DNA of 64,000 nt, taken from Octopus bimaculoides (Eukaryota). A program made the position numbers and the translations under genes. Shown here piece after piece: positions 1 through 10,960 of the stretch (its first letter is position 1; every line of letters begins with the position of its first letter). The notes below the pieces were generated by a model. It was given only the letters and a program-made list of their open reading frames with translations, was not told where the DNA came from and ran no database searches. The stretch spans positions 60,333,894 to 60,397,893 of the forward strand of contig NC_068993.1 in NCBI RefSeq assembly GCF_001194135.2. Direction: 5' to 3'.

Positions 1-142
1 CATACAAACACACAAATTAGAATCGAATATATATATACAAACGCATATATATACACACACACACACACACATTTGCTTTTCTATCATAGCTTGCTGAGAT
101 GACTTGGTGAGTTTTTGTAATTGTTTCTCAACCATAAAGCAA

Positions 143-181
<39 letters not shown>

Positions 182-825
182 TTATTTTTAATAACAAAAA
201 TTGAACAATAATGTAGAACAACTATTTGTCTTCGAGTTTTGAGTGCTGTGGTCAGGACACAATCATAAGATTGTTTTTTTTTGTGAGGGTTTTTTTTCCG
301 TCGAACTGGGAGAGAGCTGGCTTATATTTTCATTAGTATCATTTTTTTTTCCTTTTTACTGTTTGTTTTGTATATTTTCTTTTGTATTTTTCCTTTTTAA
401 AATCACACATCCTAAATGCCCTGATTCGTATATCTAAATACATATGAATTATATATCTGAATTGAATGAATTCTACATCTAGAAGCACTAATGAATTATA
501 CAGCATTGTACAGTGAATGAATAACGATTGTCTGTATTATGAATTACATGCATTTTGATGTGGTTATTGCACCTGATGAGCTCGCAACGCAACGAAACAT
601 CACGTGATGTTTTATCTAAAATTGGGGTCAGCAACAGATGGACTGCAACCAACAAGTAAGCCAATGAGATGCTCCCTATAAGGCTCTGAACGGTCCTTTA
701 AAGAAACTTGAGTTTAATGTATCTGAAGACTATTGGCAAGACGGTCTCTTTCGGGTAGATTTTTAGGCCCGGTTTGTTTAATTTTAGCTTAGATAAACAT
801 AGCCAGTGGTGAAAATTGAAATAAT

Positions 826-966
826 AGGCGCAGTTGTGGCTGTGTGGTAATGCGTTTGCTTCCCAACCATATGGTTACGGGTTCTGTCCCAATGTGTGGC
901 ACCTTGGGCAGGCCGAACAAAGCCTTGTGAGTGGGTTTGGTAGACGGAAACTAAAGAAGCCTGTCG
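826..966 (+). mobile_element. SINE family A (tRNA-like head), 5' part
   Basis: Starts ggcgcagttgtggctgtgtggtaa, with ggttacgggttctgtccca box-B-like motif; matches copies at 40613, 56108 and 44663; runs into (AT)n/(GT)n and a gap. Confidence 0.8.
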
Positions 967-998
967 TGCATATATATATATATATATACATATATACA

Positions 999-1035
<37 letters not shown>

Positions 1036-1446
1036 NNNNNNNNNNNNNNNNNNNNNNNNNNNNNNNNNNNNNNNNNNNNNNNNNNNNNNNNNNNNNNNNN
1101 NNNNNNNNNNNNNNNNNNNNNNNNNNNNNNNNNNNNNNNNNNNNNNNNNNNNNNNNNNNNNNNNNNNNNNNNNNNNNNNNNNNNNNNNNNNNNNNNNNNN
1201 NNNNNNNNNNNNNNNNNNNNNNNNNNNNNNNNNNNNNNNNNNNNNNNNNNNNNNNNNNNNNNNNNNNNNNNNNNNNNNNNNNNNNNNNNNNNNNNNNNNN
1301 NNNNNNNNNNNNNNNNNNNNNNNNNNNNNNNNNNNNNNNNNNNNNNNNNNNNNNNNNNNNNNNNNNNNNNNNNNNNNNNNNNNNNNNNNNNNNNNNNNNN
1401 NNNNNNGTGTAGAGTAGTAGGTGCGTGTGTGTGTGCATTCGTTTAT

Positions 1447-1790
1447 GAACCACATGGTTCCGGGTTCAGTTCCACTGCGTGACACCTTGGCCAAGTATCT
1501 TCCATTATAGCCTCGGACTGACCAAAGCTATGTGAGTAGATTTGGTAGACGGAAACTGAAAGAAGCCCGTCGTATATCTATGTGTGTGTGTGTGTGTGTG
1601 TGCTTGTCCTCCACTACTACTTGACGACCGATGTTAGTATGTATACGTCCCCGTCACTTAGTGGTTCGGCAAAAAAATCACCAAAAAGAGAGTACTGGGA
1701 TTGAGCCATTCGGCTAAAAAATTTTCAGGGCTGTGCCCTAGCATGGCCGTATAGTCTTATGACAGAAACTAGAAAAAGATAAACGAAATA
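1447..1790 (+). mobile_element. SINE family A copy, 5'-eroded
   Basis: ccacatggttccgggttcagttccactgcg...ggtagacggaaactgaaagaagcccgtcg...cagcatggccg, collinear with the full copy at 40613-40975. Confidence 0.8.
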
Positions 1791-2333
1791 AAAGATGCGC
1801 CACAGGTTTCTGATCAAAACATTAGCTTTCACTTCTTCGTCATGATGTATTTCACGTTTTACCGACACTGGCCTTCACAAGTTTCTTTGGATTCTACTGT
1901 TTCATTAAATAACTCAACTTTTTTCGGTTTATCTGAATGACATAAAACAGAATTCACTTAGTGTTTTACGGTCGAGTGGGTTTTGTTGTAGGAAGGGCAT
2001 CTCGCTTTGAAAACAATTGTTCCGACAAATAAATGAAACAAAATAAGCCAGAACAAAAATTACTCCACCCATGCAGGACAGTGGAACAGAAACTACTTAC
2101 ACACATAAACACACACACACACACACACATACACCAAATACACACAAACCATCTCTACTCATGGAATCGATCGATCGATCCTCGGTAGACAGGTCGATTT
2201 GCTTCGTCGTGCCCAGAGCATTTAACCAACCAAACACAAGTATTGTCTTCAAAACGACTTTATCAAATATTTATAAAGAAGGAATAAATGAACTCGTGGA
2301 GTGGAATATATTCTTTTCACAGATCAAAAGATT

Positions 2334-2334
<1 letters not shown>

Positions 2335-2367
<33 letters not shown>

Positions 2368-2413
2368 TCTCTTTCTCTCTCTCTCTTTCTCTCTCTCTCT
2401 TTCTCTCTCTCTC
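2335..2413. repeat. (CT)n/(CTTT) microsatellite
   Basis: Direct inspection; abuts the gap on the 3' side of the 5S gene. Confidence 0.95.
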
Positions 2414-2877
2414 NNNNNNNNNNNNNNNNNNNNNNNNNNNNNNNNNNNNNNNNNNNNNNNNNNNNNNNNNNNNNNNNNNNNNNNNNNNNNNNNNNNNNNN
2501 NNNNNNNNNNNNNNNNNNNNNNNNNNNNNNNNNNNNNNNNNNNNNNNNNNNNNNNNNNNNNNNNNNNNNNNNNNNNNNNNNNNNNNNNNNNNNNNNNNNN
2601 NNNNNNNNNNNNNNNNNNNNNNNNNNNNNNNNNNNNNNNNNNNNNNNNNNNNNNNNNNNNNNNNNNNNNNNNNNNNNNNNNNNNNNNNNNNNNNNNNNNN
2701 NNNNNNNNNNNNNNNNNNNNNNNNNNNNNNNNNNNNNNNNNNNNNNNNNNNNNNNNNNNNNNNNNNNNNNNNNNNNNNNNNNNNNNNNNNNNNNNNNNNN
2801 NNNNNNNNNNNNNNNNNNNNNNNNNNNNNNNNNNNNNNNNNNNNNNNNNNNNNNNNNNNNNNNNNNNNNNNNNNNNN

Positions 2878-2931
2878 TAACTTCGGTGATCGGACGAGAA
2901 CCGGTGCTCTCAGCGCGATATGGCCGTAAGC
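2878..2931 (-). rRNA. 5S rRNA: 5S rRNA gene, 5' 54 nt (remainder falls in N gap)
   Basis: Minus strand reads GCTTACGGCCATATCGCGCTGAGAGCACCGGTTCTCGTCCGATCACCGAAGTTA, matching the animal/mollusc 5S 5' half (..ACGGCCATA..TGA..CACCGGTTCTCGTCCGATCACCGAAGTTAAGC) up to the start of internal promoter box A; 7 CpGs retained. Confidence 0.88.
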
Positions 2932-5900
2932 AAAGTGAATATAGCATCGTGCTGCAGTTTCTCGTTTCTGGTACGCTCGAAGATAACTGCCTTGAGATGA
3001 CGCAGCATATTTTGTTTTTAAAATGGTTTCTTTATTATTTTCGTCCAAGGTAGATAACCGTGCTTCACTTTTTATACGTAAGAGATTAACTTTTTCTCAA
3101 CAACAACAACAACAACAAAAAGGCAGAATTTTGTATTCATTTATTTATTTTATTTATTAATTTATTAATCTCTGCACCAACTTTTTAAAATAAAAAAAAA
3201 TGAATGAATGCATAATTAATTTCATTTTATTATTTTTTTTCCTTTGTCTCATCACAACAACGGTGTGGAAGTGGGGGTGGGGCGGAGAGAAAATAAATAA
3301 CGATGGAGACCTGTTTGACATAAAGGTTTACTGTTGTAAGGGTTTCAGAGTGAAGCCTGCAAACAAACAAACAAAATTTCATTGTATTTTGTTTTTAAGT
3401 GTCTGTGTGTGTATGGATGCGATGTTGATGGTAGGGGAAGTTGTGGTGACGTTGCTGGTAATACCGACCTGTAATTTTTATAATTTCCTCCTAGTAGTAA
3501 ATATTACTTAAAAATTTTAAAGAAAACATAAATAATTATGAAAAAAATAATGCTATAGTATGGTTACAGTAGCAATGAAAACATTGCTGGCGGCGGTGGA
3601 GATGGCGGCGCTGGTGGCGCTGTTATTCCCCCTTATTTTTGTTGAATCTTTTATACACCCTTCCACGAAAAAAGTTCCAGTTCCCATCACTTCCTCACTC
3701 TCTGATGATGGACAAAAGTTTGAAACGTAAGATCTTTCGCTCCTCTCAACAACTGAATTTATCAAACTTCATGAAACTTCCAATAATTACTAGTAGTGGC
3801 TGTAGCAGGGTTTGTCATCCCAATCAATATATTACGTTTTACACACACACACACAAAGCACGAAAGGAAGGTTAAATAAAATAGAACTATATATGTAGCA
3901 AATATTGTATTAAAATAGTAATTAATAGCGGTGGTGGTGTTGGAACAGTTGTAGAATATTATTTTCATGATTAAACAACCTCCATTCCAAGCATCTTCAA
4001 AATTTTTCCACAGCAGGTTGAAGAATAGCAACAGAAATAATTAGTTGATGATGATGATGATGATGATGATTGTTAAAGAAATTAACTTTAACGAGTGGCT
4101 AAAATTCCATATTTTGCGGCTTTCCATTTCAGATGGCATAAACCTCACAGTTCCCTTGCATGAGACGCTAGTACTACTGGTACTACAACAGACTTTTCGT
4201 TAGGAAAAGCATGATCCCTATTTAGGGAAGTGTGAAACTGATAAACTGCTATTTAGCCTGTTACTAGCACCTCTTCCTGTTCCACCAGAAGAAATCTTGA
4301 ATTGGTGGTAAACATTTTTTTTTTTTAATGATTACTATTCTTTTTAATACGTCTACACCATTTAATGATTTAGACGATATTGGCTTTGATGCATTTAGTT
4401 TTCTCTCTGAACATTCTGAGAATAAATCCCCCTGGAGCTACTTTTTCTGGGCTTAATAAACACGAGTGCCGGAGTCCACATGGTCAACTGTTCCCTTCCT
4501 GAAAATATGTAACTTCAAGCCTATGCTAGAAATCAATAATCAATGACCCCTTCATCCGACGCCTCTATAGCAATAATAATAATAATTATTATTATTATTA
4601 TTATTATTATTATTGTTATTATTCTGGGGCCGATAAAATAAGTTCCAGTTGAGCACTGGGATGGATGTAATCGACGAGGCCCTCTCCTCCAAAATTTCAG
4701 GCCTTGTACCTACAGTAGAAAGAATTGTTGCTGTTGTTGTTCTGGTTGCTTTTATTGTTGTTAAGGTGGTGTATTTCAAAAACTATAGAATACTGGACAA
4801 CATGATTTGCCATATTTAAGTCCCGAATTCAAATGTTTTGGTTATTGACTTTGCTTTTCATTATTGCCGGGTCAGTAAAATAAATGCCAGTCATGTGTAG
4901 CAATGAACCAATATTAAAAACAATTCTAATAATCAACAGAACTCGTATATACATCAGGATTCAGTTATATTCAATAGAATTAATTAAGATGAGCAGAGGG
5001 CAGTGGTAGTGCTGGATCAGGAAACTTTAGATAATGACCTCCCATGTTCTAATTCTATCATGGTTCGCTTTGCCTTTCACTTTGTTAAGTCGACAAAAAA
5101 TAGGTACCAGAATTTATTTGCTGCCAATTCAGAAATTCTCATCATTGACTTTGCCTTTCATCACTTAGGGATCGATAGAACCGTTGTATCAGTCAAAAAC
5201 AGTGGTCCGTTTCTCCCTCTCTTCAGCAGATACTCAGACTTGTGCCTATATCAGAAATTATTATTATTATGAATGTTGTTGAAGTGTGCTGAAGTTTTCG
5301 GGATTTTCTCGAAAAACTAGATATTTATTTAAAGGATTTTTGTTTTCATTTTATAAACAAGTGGACTTCTAGAATACATTTTAATATAATTCGACCTTCT
5401 TTGAAAACGGGAAGAGGTGCTAGTAACATTTTTCAAACCCTGAACACATTATTTTAAGAAAAGTGAATATGTTTAACATGCAAATACAGAAAACATTTAC
5501 ACTTCAACAAATGAAAAAGATAACGAAAATTTTAATAACGTTAATAACGGTATCAATAATTTTGCTAACGTTGATAATCACAGTAAGGTCTCAATATAGG
5601 TCGACCTCCTGAAGAAGAAAAAAGAAGACAGATGTGTTACAAAGGACATTGCTTCCTTTCCTACAAAATAAGACGAAAAGAACGACAAGAGGGAAATGTA
5701 GCGTACCCCTACTTTTCCAAAAATGAAGTTTTCATATACCTATAAAGGAAAAACGGGAAGAAATCCTGGCCGAGGCGTATTCCATTGACCAAAGTTAATC
5801 CAATGGAAACATCTGCCCGGTCTTTAAGAATGTTGTGAGACAGCAAGCAGTATCGGTATTTCACACACTTAACCATAGGCCGGTACTTCAGTATATAGGG

Positions 5901-7654
5901 AAATGGTTAGTCATCAGCTTTGCAGTAGAGTCAGTGTAAGTTGTGAGTTCGGGGGGTAACACGAAATAATAAGCTGGTGAGTGAGTCATTACTGACAAAC
6001 AAGTTTTAATTATCCTCCTCCTCCTCTTTCTCCGAAGACCATGAAGTTGTTCAAATGTAAGGGTAGAAAGGAAAGCCGTTAGAATGGTGGTTCGAGATAG
6101 CAAGGCTAGTTGCAGTATGTGTGGTATTAAAGATTGACGTGAATGTCTTCCGTTGCAGTGGAGCAAGGAAAGCATAAGAAAAAGAGAGGGAACACAGAAA
6201 CATCGATGAGAGTAGACTGAAGAAATCACTAGTTGTGAAGCACCATCATTTACAACTCCGAGAATGTAAGAAAAAAAAAACCCTCGTTGCTACTGCTAGG
6301 AACAGTGAATCAGAAAACTGAGGCACCCCGTCATCTCATTGTCTTCCAATGATGAGGAAGAAAATGAAGATTTGAGAAGAGTTGTAATCTGTCTGGGACA
6401 GTAAGAAATAAAACCAGGCCGTGACAAGTGCTACAAGAAGAGAAAGATAACTCCCTGGGAAATGATGGGACCTGTTTTTTTTTTTTTTTCAAAGATCCAG
6501 TGAAGAGTTGAGGAATCACCTAAGCCGTTTGAAGGAGGATGGAGGAGGGGAATATGAGATGAATATGAGGTCAGATTTTGTAGAACATTGACATAAACAC
6601 TTACTGCTGGCGAGAATTCAGTCGGAAACACATCTAAATCTACCCAGATGGCATGGCTGGATTCAAGCCTTGTCCAACACAGAATGTTCATGGATATTTT
6701 CAGGAGTTCTAGCTTCCTACTTGAATCATAGTGGGGGGGTGGGGGCTAAAGCCAAGCCAGATGACGGTTTCTCACCTGCACGGGAATAGATTCCTTTCAT
6801 TTGTTATCATTTCTGTTTTATATGTTTTCATTTTGCTTTTTTATTCATCTATTTCTGTTTTGTCCAGATTTTTAATGTCTTTAGACACTGTGTAATAAAT
6901 TTGTACCTCACGGTTAATTTTTATATAAGTGTGTACTCACTATATATCTTGTACCCACCTTTCTTTGTAACATGTTCCACTGTTGAATGGGCCCCCGTGG
7001 CAAATATACTATTATTATTATCATTATTATTATTATTATAACCCATGGTGAGCGGGCACATTCGCAACAGTGTTGGAAGAAAGGCTTTGCCGTATTTCTT
7101 CAGCCTCTTTCCGAATTCAAATCTCGCCGAGGTCAACGTTAACTTTCATCTTTTCGGAGTTCAGTAAAATAAATTGCCCATCAAGTCCTGGGGTCGGTGG
7201 TATTGACTCCCATTTTCTCTCAAAGTTTTGTCTAAATTAGAAACCACCACTTACCAGAAAATAATTTCAACTGGTTAAACAGGAACAGCTGGAGCAATTA
7301 TTGCCAGACACAAGAAAATGCTTGTAAAAGGCGGAAAACTTTCAAAACATGAGGCAGAACTAATACCACAACCTGTCTCTGACATTTTACTATTTTAAAC
7401 ACACGCAAACACACACACACACACACACACACGTACATGCATACACACACACATGCATGTAGAAAATGCATAATCACAAACGACATACGTAATAGAAATA
7501 CACTGATATTTCTTAGAGAGGTAACACAGATATTTGAAGGGAAGGAAAGAAAATGGGAGTTGTGGTGTTCATGCCGCTTCCAAATACTTTGAGTATAAGT
7601 GAAAAAAACTCAAAATATTACTGTATTTCAATATCTTACAACATTAATAATAAT

Positions 7655-7845
7655 CTTTCTACTGAAGGCACAAGGCCTAAAATTCGTGGGCAGGGGTCAA
7701 GTCGATTACGTCGACCCCAGTGTTTCATTTGTACTTAATTTATCGATCCTGAAGGGTGAAAAGCAAAGTCGACCTCGGCGGAATTTGAACTTAGAACGTA
7801 GCATTTCGTCCAGTGTGCTAATGATTCTGCCAGCTTGCCGCTTTA
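7655..7845 (-). mobile_element. SINE family B copy
   Basis: Reverse complement of ggcaagctggcagaatcattagc...gttctaagttcaaattccgccgaggtcgactttgc...; same family as 45783-46009. Confidence 0.8.
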
Positions 7846-7886
<41 letters not shown>

Positions 7887-8524
7887 CCTCCTTTCTACTA
7901 AAGACAAAAGNNNNNNNNNNNNNNNNNNNNNNNNNNNNNNNNNNNNNNNNNNNNNNNNNNNNNNNNNNNNNNNNNNNNNNNNNNNNNNNNNNNNNNNNNN
8001 NNNNNNNNNNNNNNNNNNNNNNNNNNNNNNNNNNNNNNNNNNNNNNNNNNNNNNNNNNNNNNNNNNNNNNNNNNNNNNNNNNNNNNNNNNNNNNNNNNNN
8101 NNNNNNNNNNNNNNNNNNNNNNNNNNNNNNNNNNNNNNNNNNNNNNNNNNNNNNNNNNNNNNNNNNNNNNNNNNNNNNNNNNNNNNNNNNNNNNNNNNNN
8201 NNNNNNNNNNNNNNNNNNNNNNNNNNNNNNNNNNNNNNNNNNNNNNNNNNNNNNNNNNNNNNNNNNNNNNNNNNNNNNNNNNNNNNNNNNNNNNNNNNNN
8301 NNNNNNNNNNNNNNNNNNNNNNNNNNNNNNNNNNNNNNATAAAATAATTTTTTTTTCCTAATAATAGTGGCAATGTTGTTTAAATTATGTTGGAAGAAAA
8401 TTACTAACGATAAAATAAAGGAAAACATCGGTCGTGAAATGGCATTGATGATGCAAACCGTGCTGGTACTAGCTACAGAGAGGAGGCTTTAAGGTAAGTT
8501 TTTTGTTTGTAGACTTAAAAATCC

Positions 8525-8837
8525 TTAACCCATTAAGTCCCAGAGTACTTAAATTTCTGAACTTTAAAATGTTTACAGATGATTGAAAATAGGTTAAAAT
8601 GAAAAAAAAAAAATAATTAAAACTCCTTTACTTCAAGTAGAAATGGAAATACTCGGTGTCCTATAAATAGAACACTGAGACAATGTGATATAGCTTATTT
8701 AATGCTCTCATTTACTGTCTTAAATTATTAAAATAGGAGGAACAATATTGAACTAACTAAACTGCTATATTGAGCACGTTGAACGAATATGCAGAAGATT
8801 GTTGGTTTAAGATTTTCTTGGTATTTAAATGGGTCAA
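8525..8837. mobile_element. piggyBac-like MITE
   Basis: TTAA+CCCATTAAGTCCC at left and ggtatttaaatgggTCAA at right form imperfect TIRs; TTAA followed by CCC is the piggyBac-type terminus. Confidence 0.45.
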
Positions 8838-9852
8838 GCTATAAGAAAAAGCATGAATGATGGGCATTGCACATTTATTTGTGCATCGTAGACTTACAGC
8901 TGTTTCTGATATGCGTTCAGGATTCCGTTTACTTAATCGGTCGACTGATCGATTGAAAACGGCGAACGACCTTTACAAATACTATTATCTTCGGAGTCCG
9001 CATAGCAAATGCCAAAATAATATTAAAGGTATGAAAAGAGGAGCGAAGATCGTATAATCCGTCATCTCTGACCCCTATTCCTGAGAGGGTTGTCGAGATG
9101 TTTAATCACCTAGACAAGTATTTGGTACTTATGTGTGCCCATGAACTGTTTTCAAGTCTCTGAAACGGAGCTAGGAACGGTCTGGGAATCTACAAACGTT
9201 ACAAAGAATATTTAAGCAACAGCTTATATAAAAACTTTCTATAATATATTTTGCATTGCACCACCTGCTTCCCATTCAAATTCTATTGTCTCAGAGAATC
9301 AGACATGAATGATATGATAGTTTTAATACAAGATACAAAATGATGTTTGGTTTTTTTTGTTTGTTTTATTTAGATAGTTTGGTTGCTATCATTATTTAGC
9401 TCCAGGTTAGTATTGCTTGACCAGACGAGGATCAAAAGCCTTCTAGCCTTGACCATTTTGCCTTTATGTTGGGCATACAGGTTTAACTTCAGACTACACT
9501 GTCCTACATCTTTTTTAGCAAAAAAGAAAATTTATTTGAGAGAGAATGGATCTTATTTCTAACAGATCAAGTGAGCACGTAGGGAGTTCCTTAGTCCACC
9601 CACTTGGTGCTCGAGTCGGGGTGCTTGTTTTGTAAGAATTTTCCTGCTGTATTTAGCTGTGCTTGGAATATGGAAATATGTAATCGCAACACTTTTGGGA
9701 AGAGATTAAGGACTTCATTTAAGGAGGCGATTTCAGTTTTTGTGTTAACACTTTTTCGATGGAAAACATGTATAGCCTTCCCCGAAATGTTAGTGTAGGA
9801 TTTAGGATTTGTTTTAGCTTGGTAAATGATACTGAGGTCAGCCCTGAGACTG

Positions 9853-10081
9853 TTAACCCCTTTAGCATTTAAACCGGCCACATCCAGCCAAAATATTCTA
9901 CCCGTTTTACCTTCAAACTGGTCAGATCTGGTCTTTTACACCTCCCCTACAGTGTCATTTTAAAAATAAGCAATCGCATCATCAAAATCTCAAAGCTATG
10001 AAATAATGACTGATTAATTCAAAATTACATGAATACTCAAGCATTGCATTTGACAGAGCAATCTGAACGCTAATGGGTTGA
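9853..10081. mobile_element. piggyBac-like MITE
   Basis: ttaacccctttagcattt ... gaacgctaatgggttga imperfect TIRs; a related left end ttaaccctttagcattt occurs at about 54328. Confidence 0.55.
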
Positions 10082-10199
10082 GGGTTTTGCATATCAAATG
10101 ACTCAGGATCAAGATGTGTGCAGGAAATATGTCGTATTTACAGACCCAGCCAACCCAGAAAGATTAATGAGAGTACAAAAAAATAAAAAGGATGTTGAT

Positions 10200-10960
10200 A
10201 TGAAGGAAGATGACAACGGATATGATGGTGAGGGTGATAAAAGCAACAACAATGATGATGATGATGGTGGTGGTGATGATGATGATGATGATGGTTGTGG
10301 TGATGATCATAATAATGTTGAACTAACTTCTTGAATTCTTAAATAATGTTTATAATGACTGTTGTTAACGTTAATGTTTCTACTTTTAATGCTTAGATGA
10401 TGGTGGAGATGAATGTGCTGGTTATAGTGGTGGTGGTACTATTAATGGTGGCAGTGGTAGTTGTGACGATAGTTTTAATGCTCTGGTGGTAGTAATAGTA
10501 GCTATACTGATGGTGGTTATTTGTGGTGATGGTTGGATGAGGCTAATGGTAGCGGTCATGGTAGAACCGGTGGTGCTGCTGCTGCAGGTAATTCTAGTAG
10601 GAGTGGTAGTGAGGGTGTTGATGATGATGCTGTTGATGTTAATAGTGAAGAGGATAGTGTTGCTGTTGAAGCAGTTTCGTTGATGGTGGTGGTAGTAGTA
10701 GTGGTGATATACTATTGTTATTGATGATGATGTTGACATTTTGATGTTTGTTGGTTGTATTGATTTTGTTGTTGTTTATTGATGTGTTGCTGATGTTGTG
10801 ATGATGATAATGATGATGCTGCGCTGTTGATAATGGTGCCTTGACGTCATATTGCTGATGTGTTGATGCTGTGTGAAGATTATGTTGGTGGTGTTGTTGA
10901 AGTTGTTGTTGTTGTGTAGATGGTGAGTTGATGGCAGTGTGATAAGATGACCTATGACAA
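10200..10960. repeat. Degenerate GAT/GGT/GTT trinucleotide low-complexity tract
   Basis: Direct inspection; produces spurious poly-D/V ORFs. Confidence 0.85.

Noticed and set aside
2317-3048. ORF MDENNKETILKTKYAASSQGSYLRAYQKRET... on minus
   Set aside because: Its non-N part is the 5S rRNA gene and upstream spacer; the length comes from the gap.
5580-6900. Purine-rich, CpG-containing stretch resembling a decayed TE or pseudogene
   Set aside because: All frames I checked are interrupted and I recognise no motif.
10098-10739. Asp-, Val- or Gly-rich ORFs
   Set aside because: Trinucleotide low-complexity DNA with no domain or splice support.
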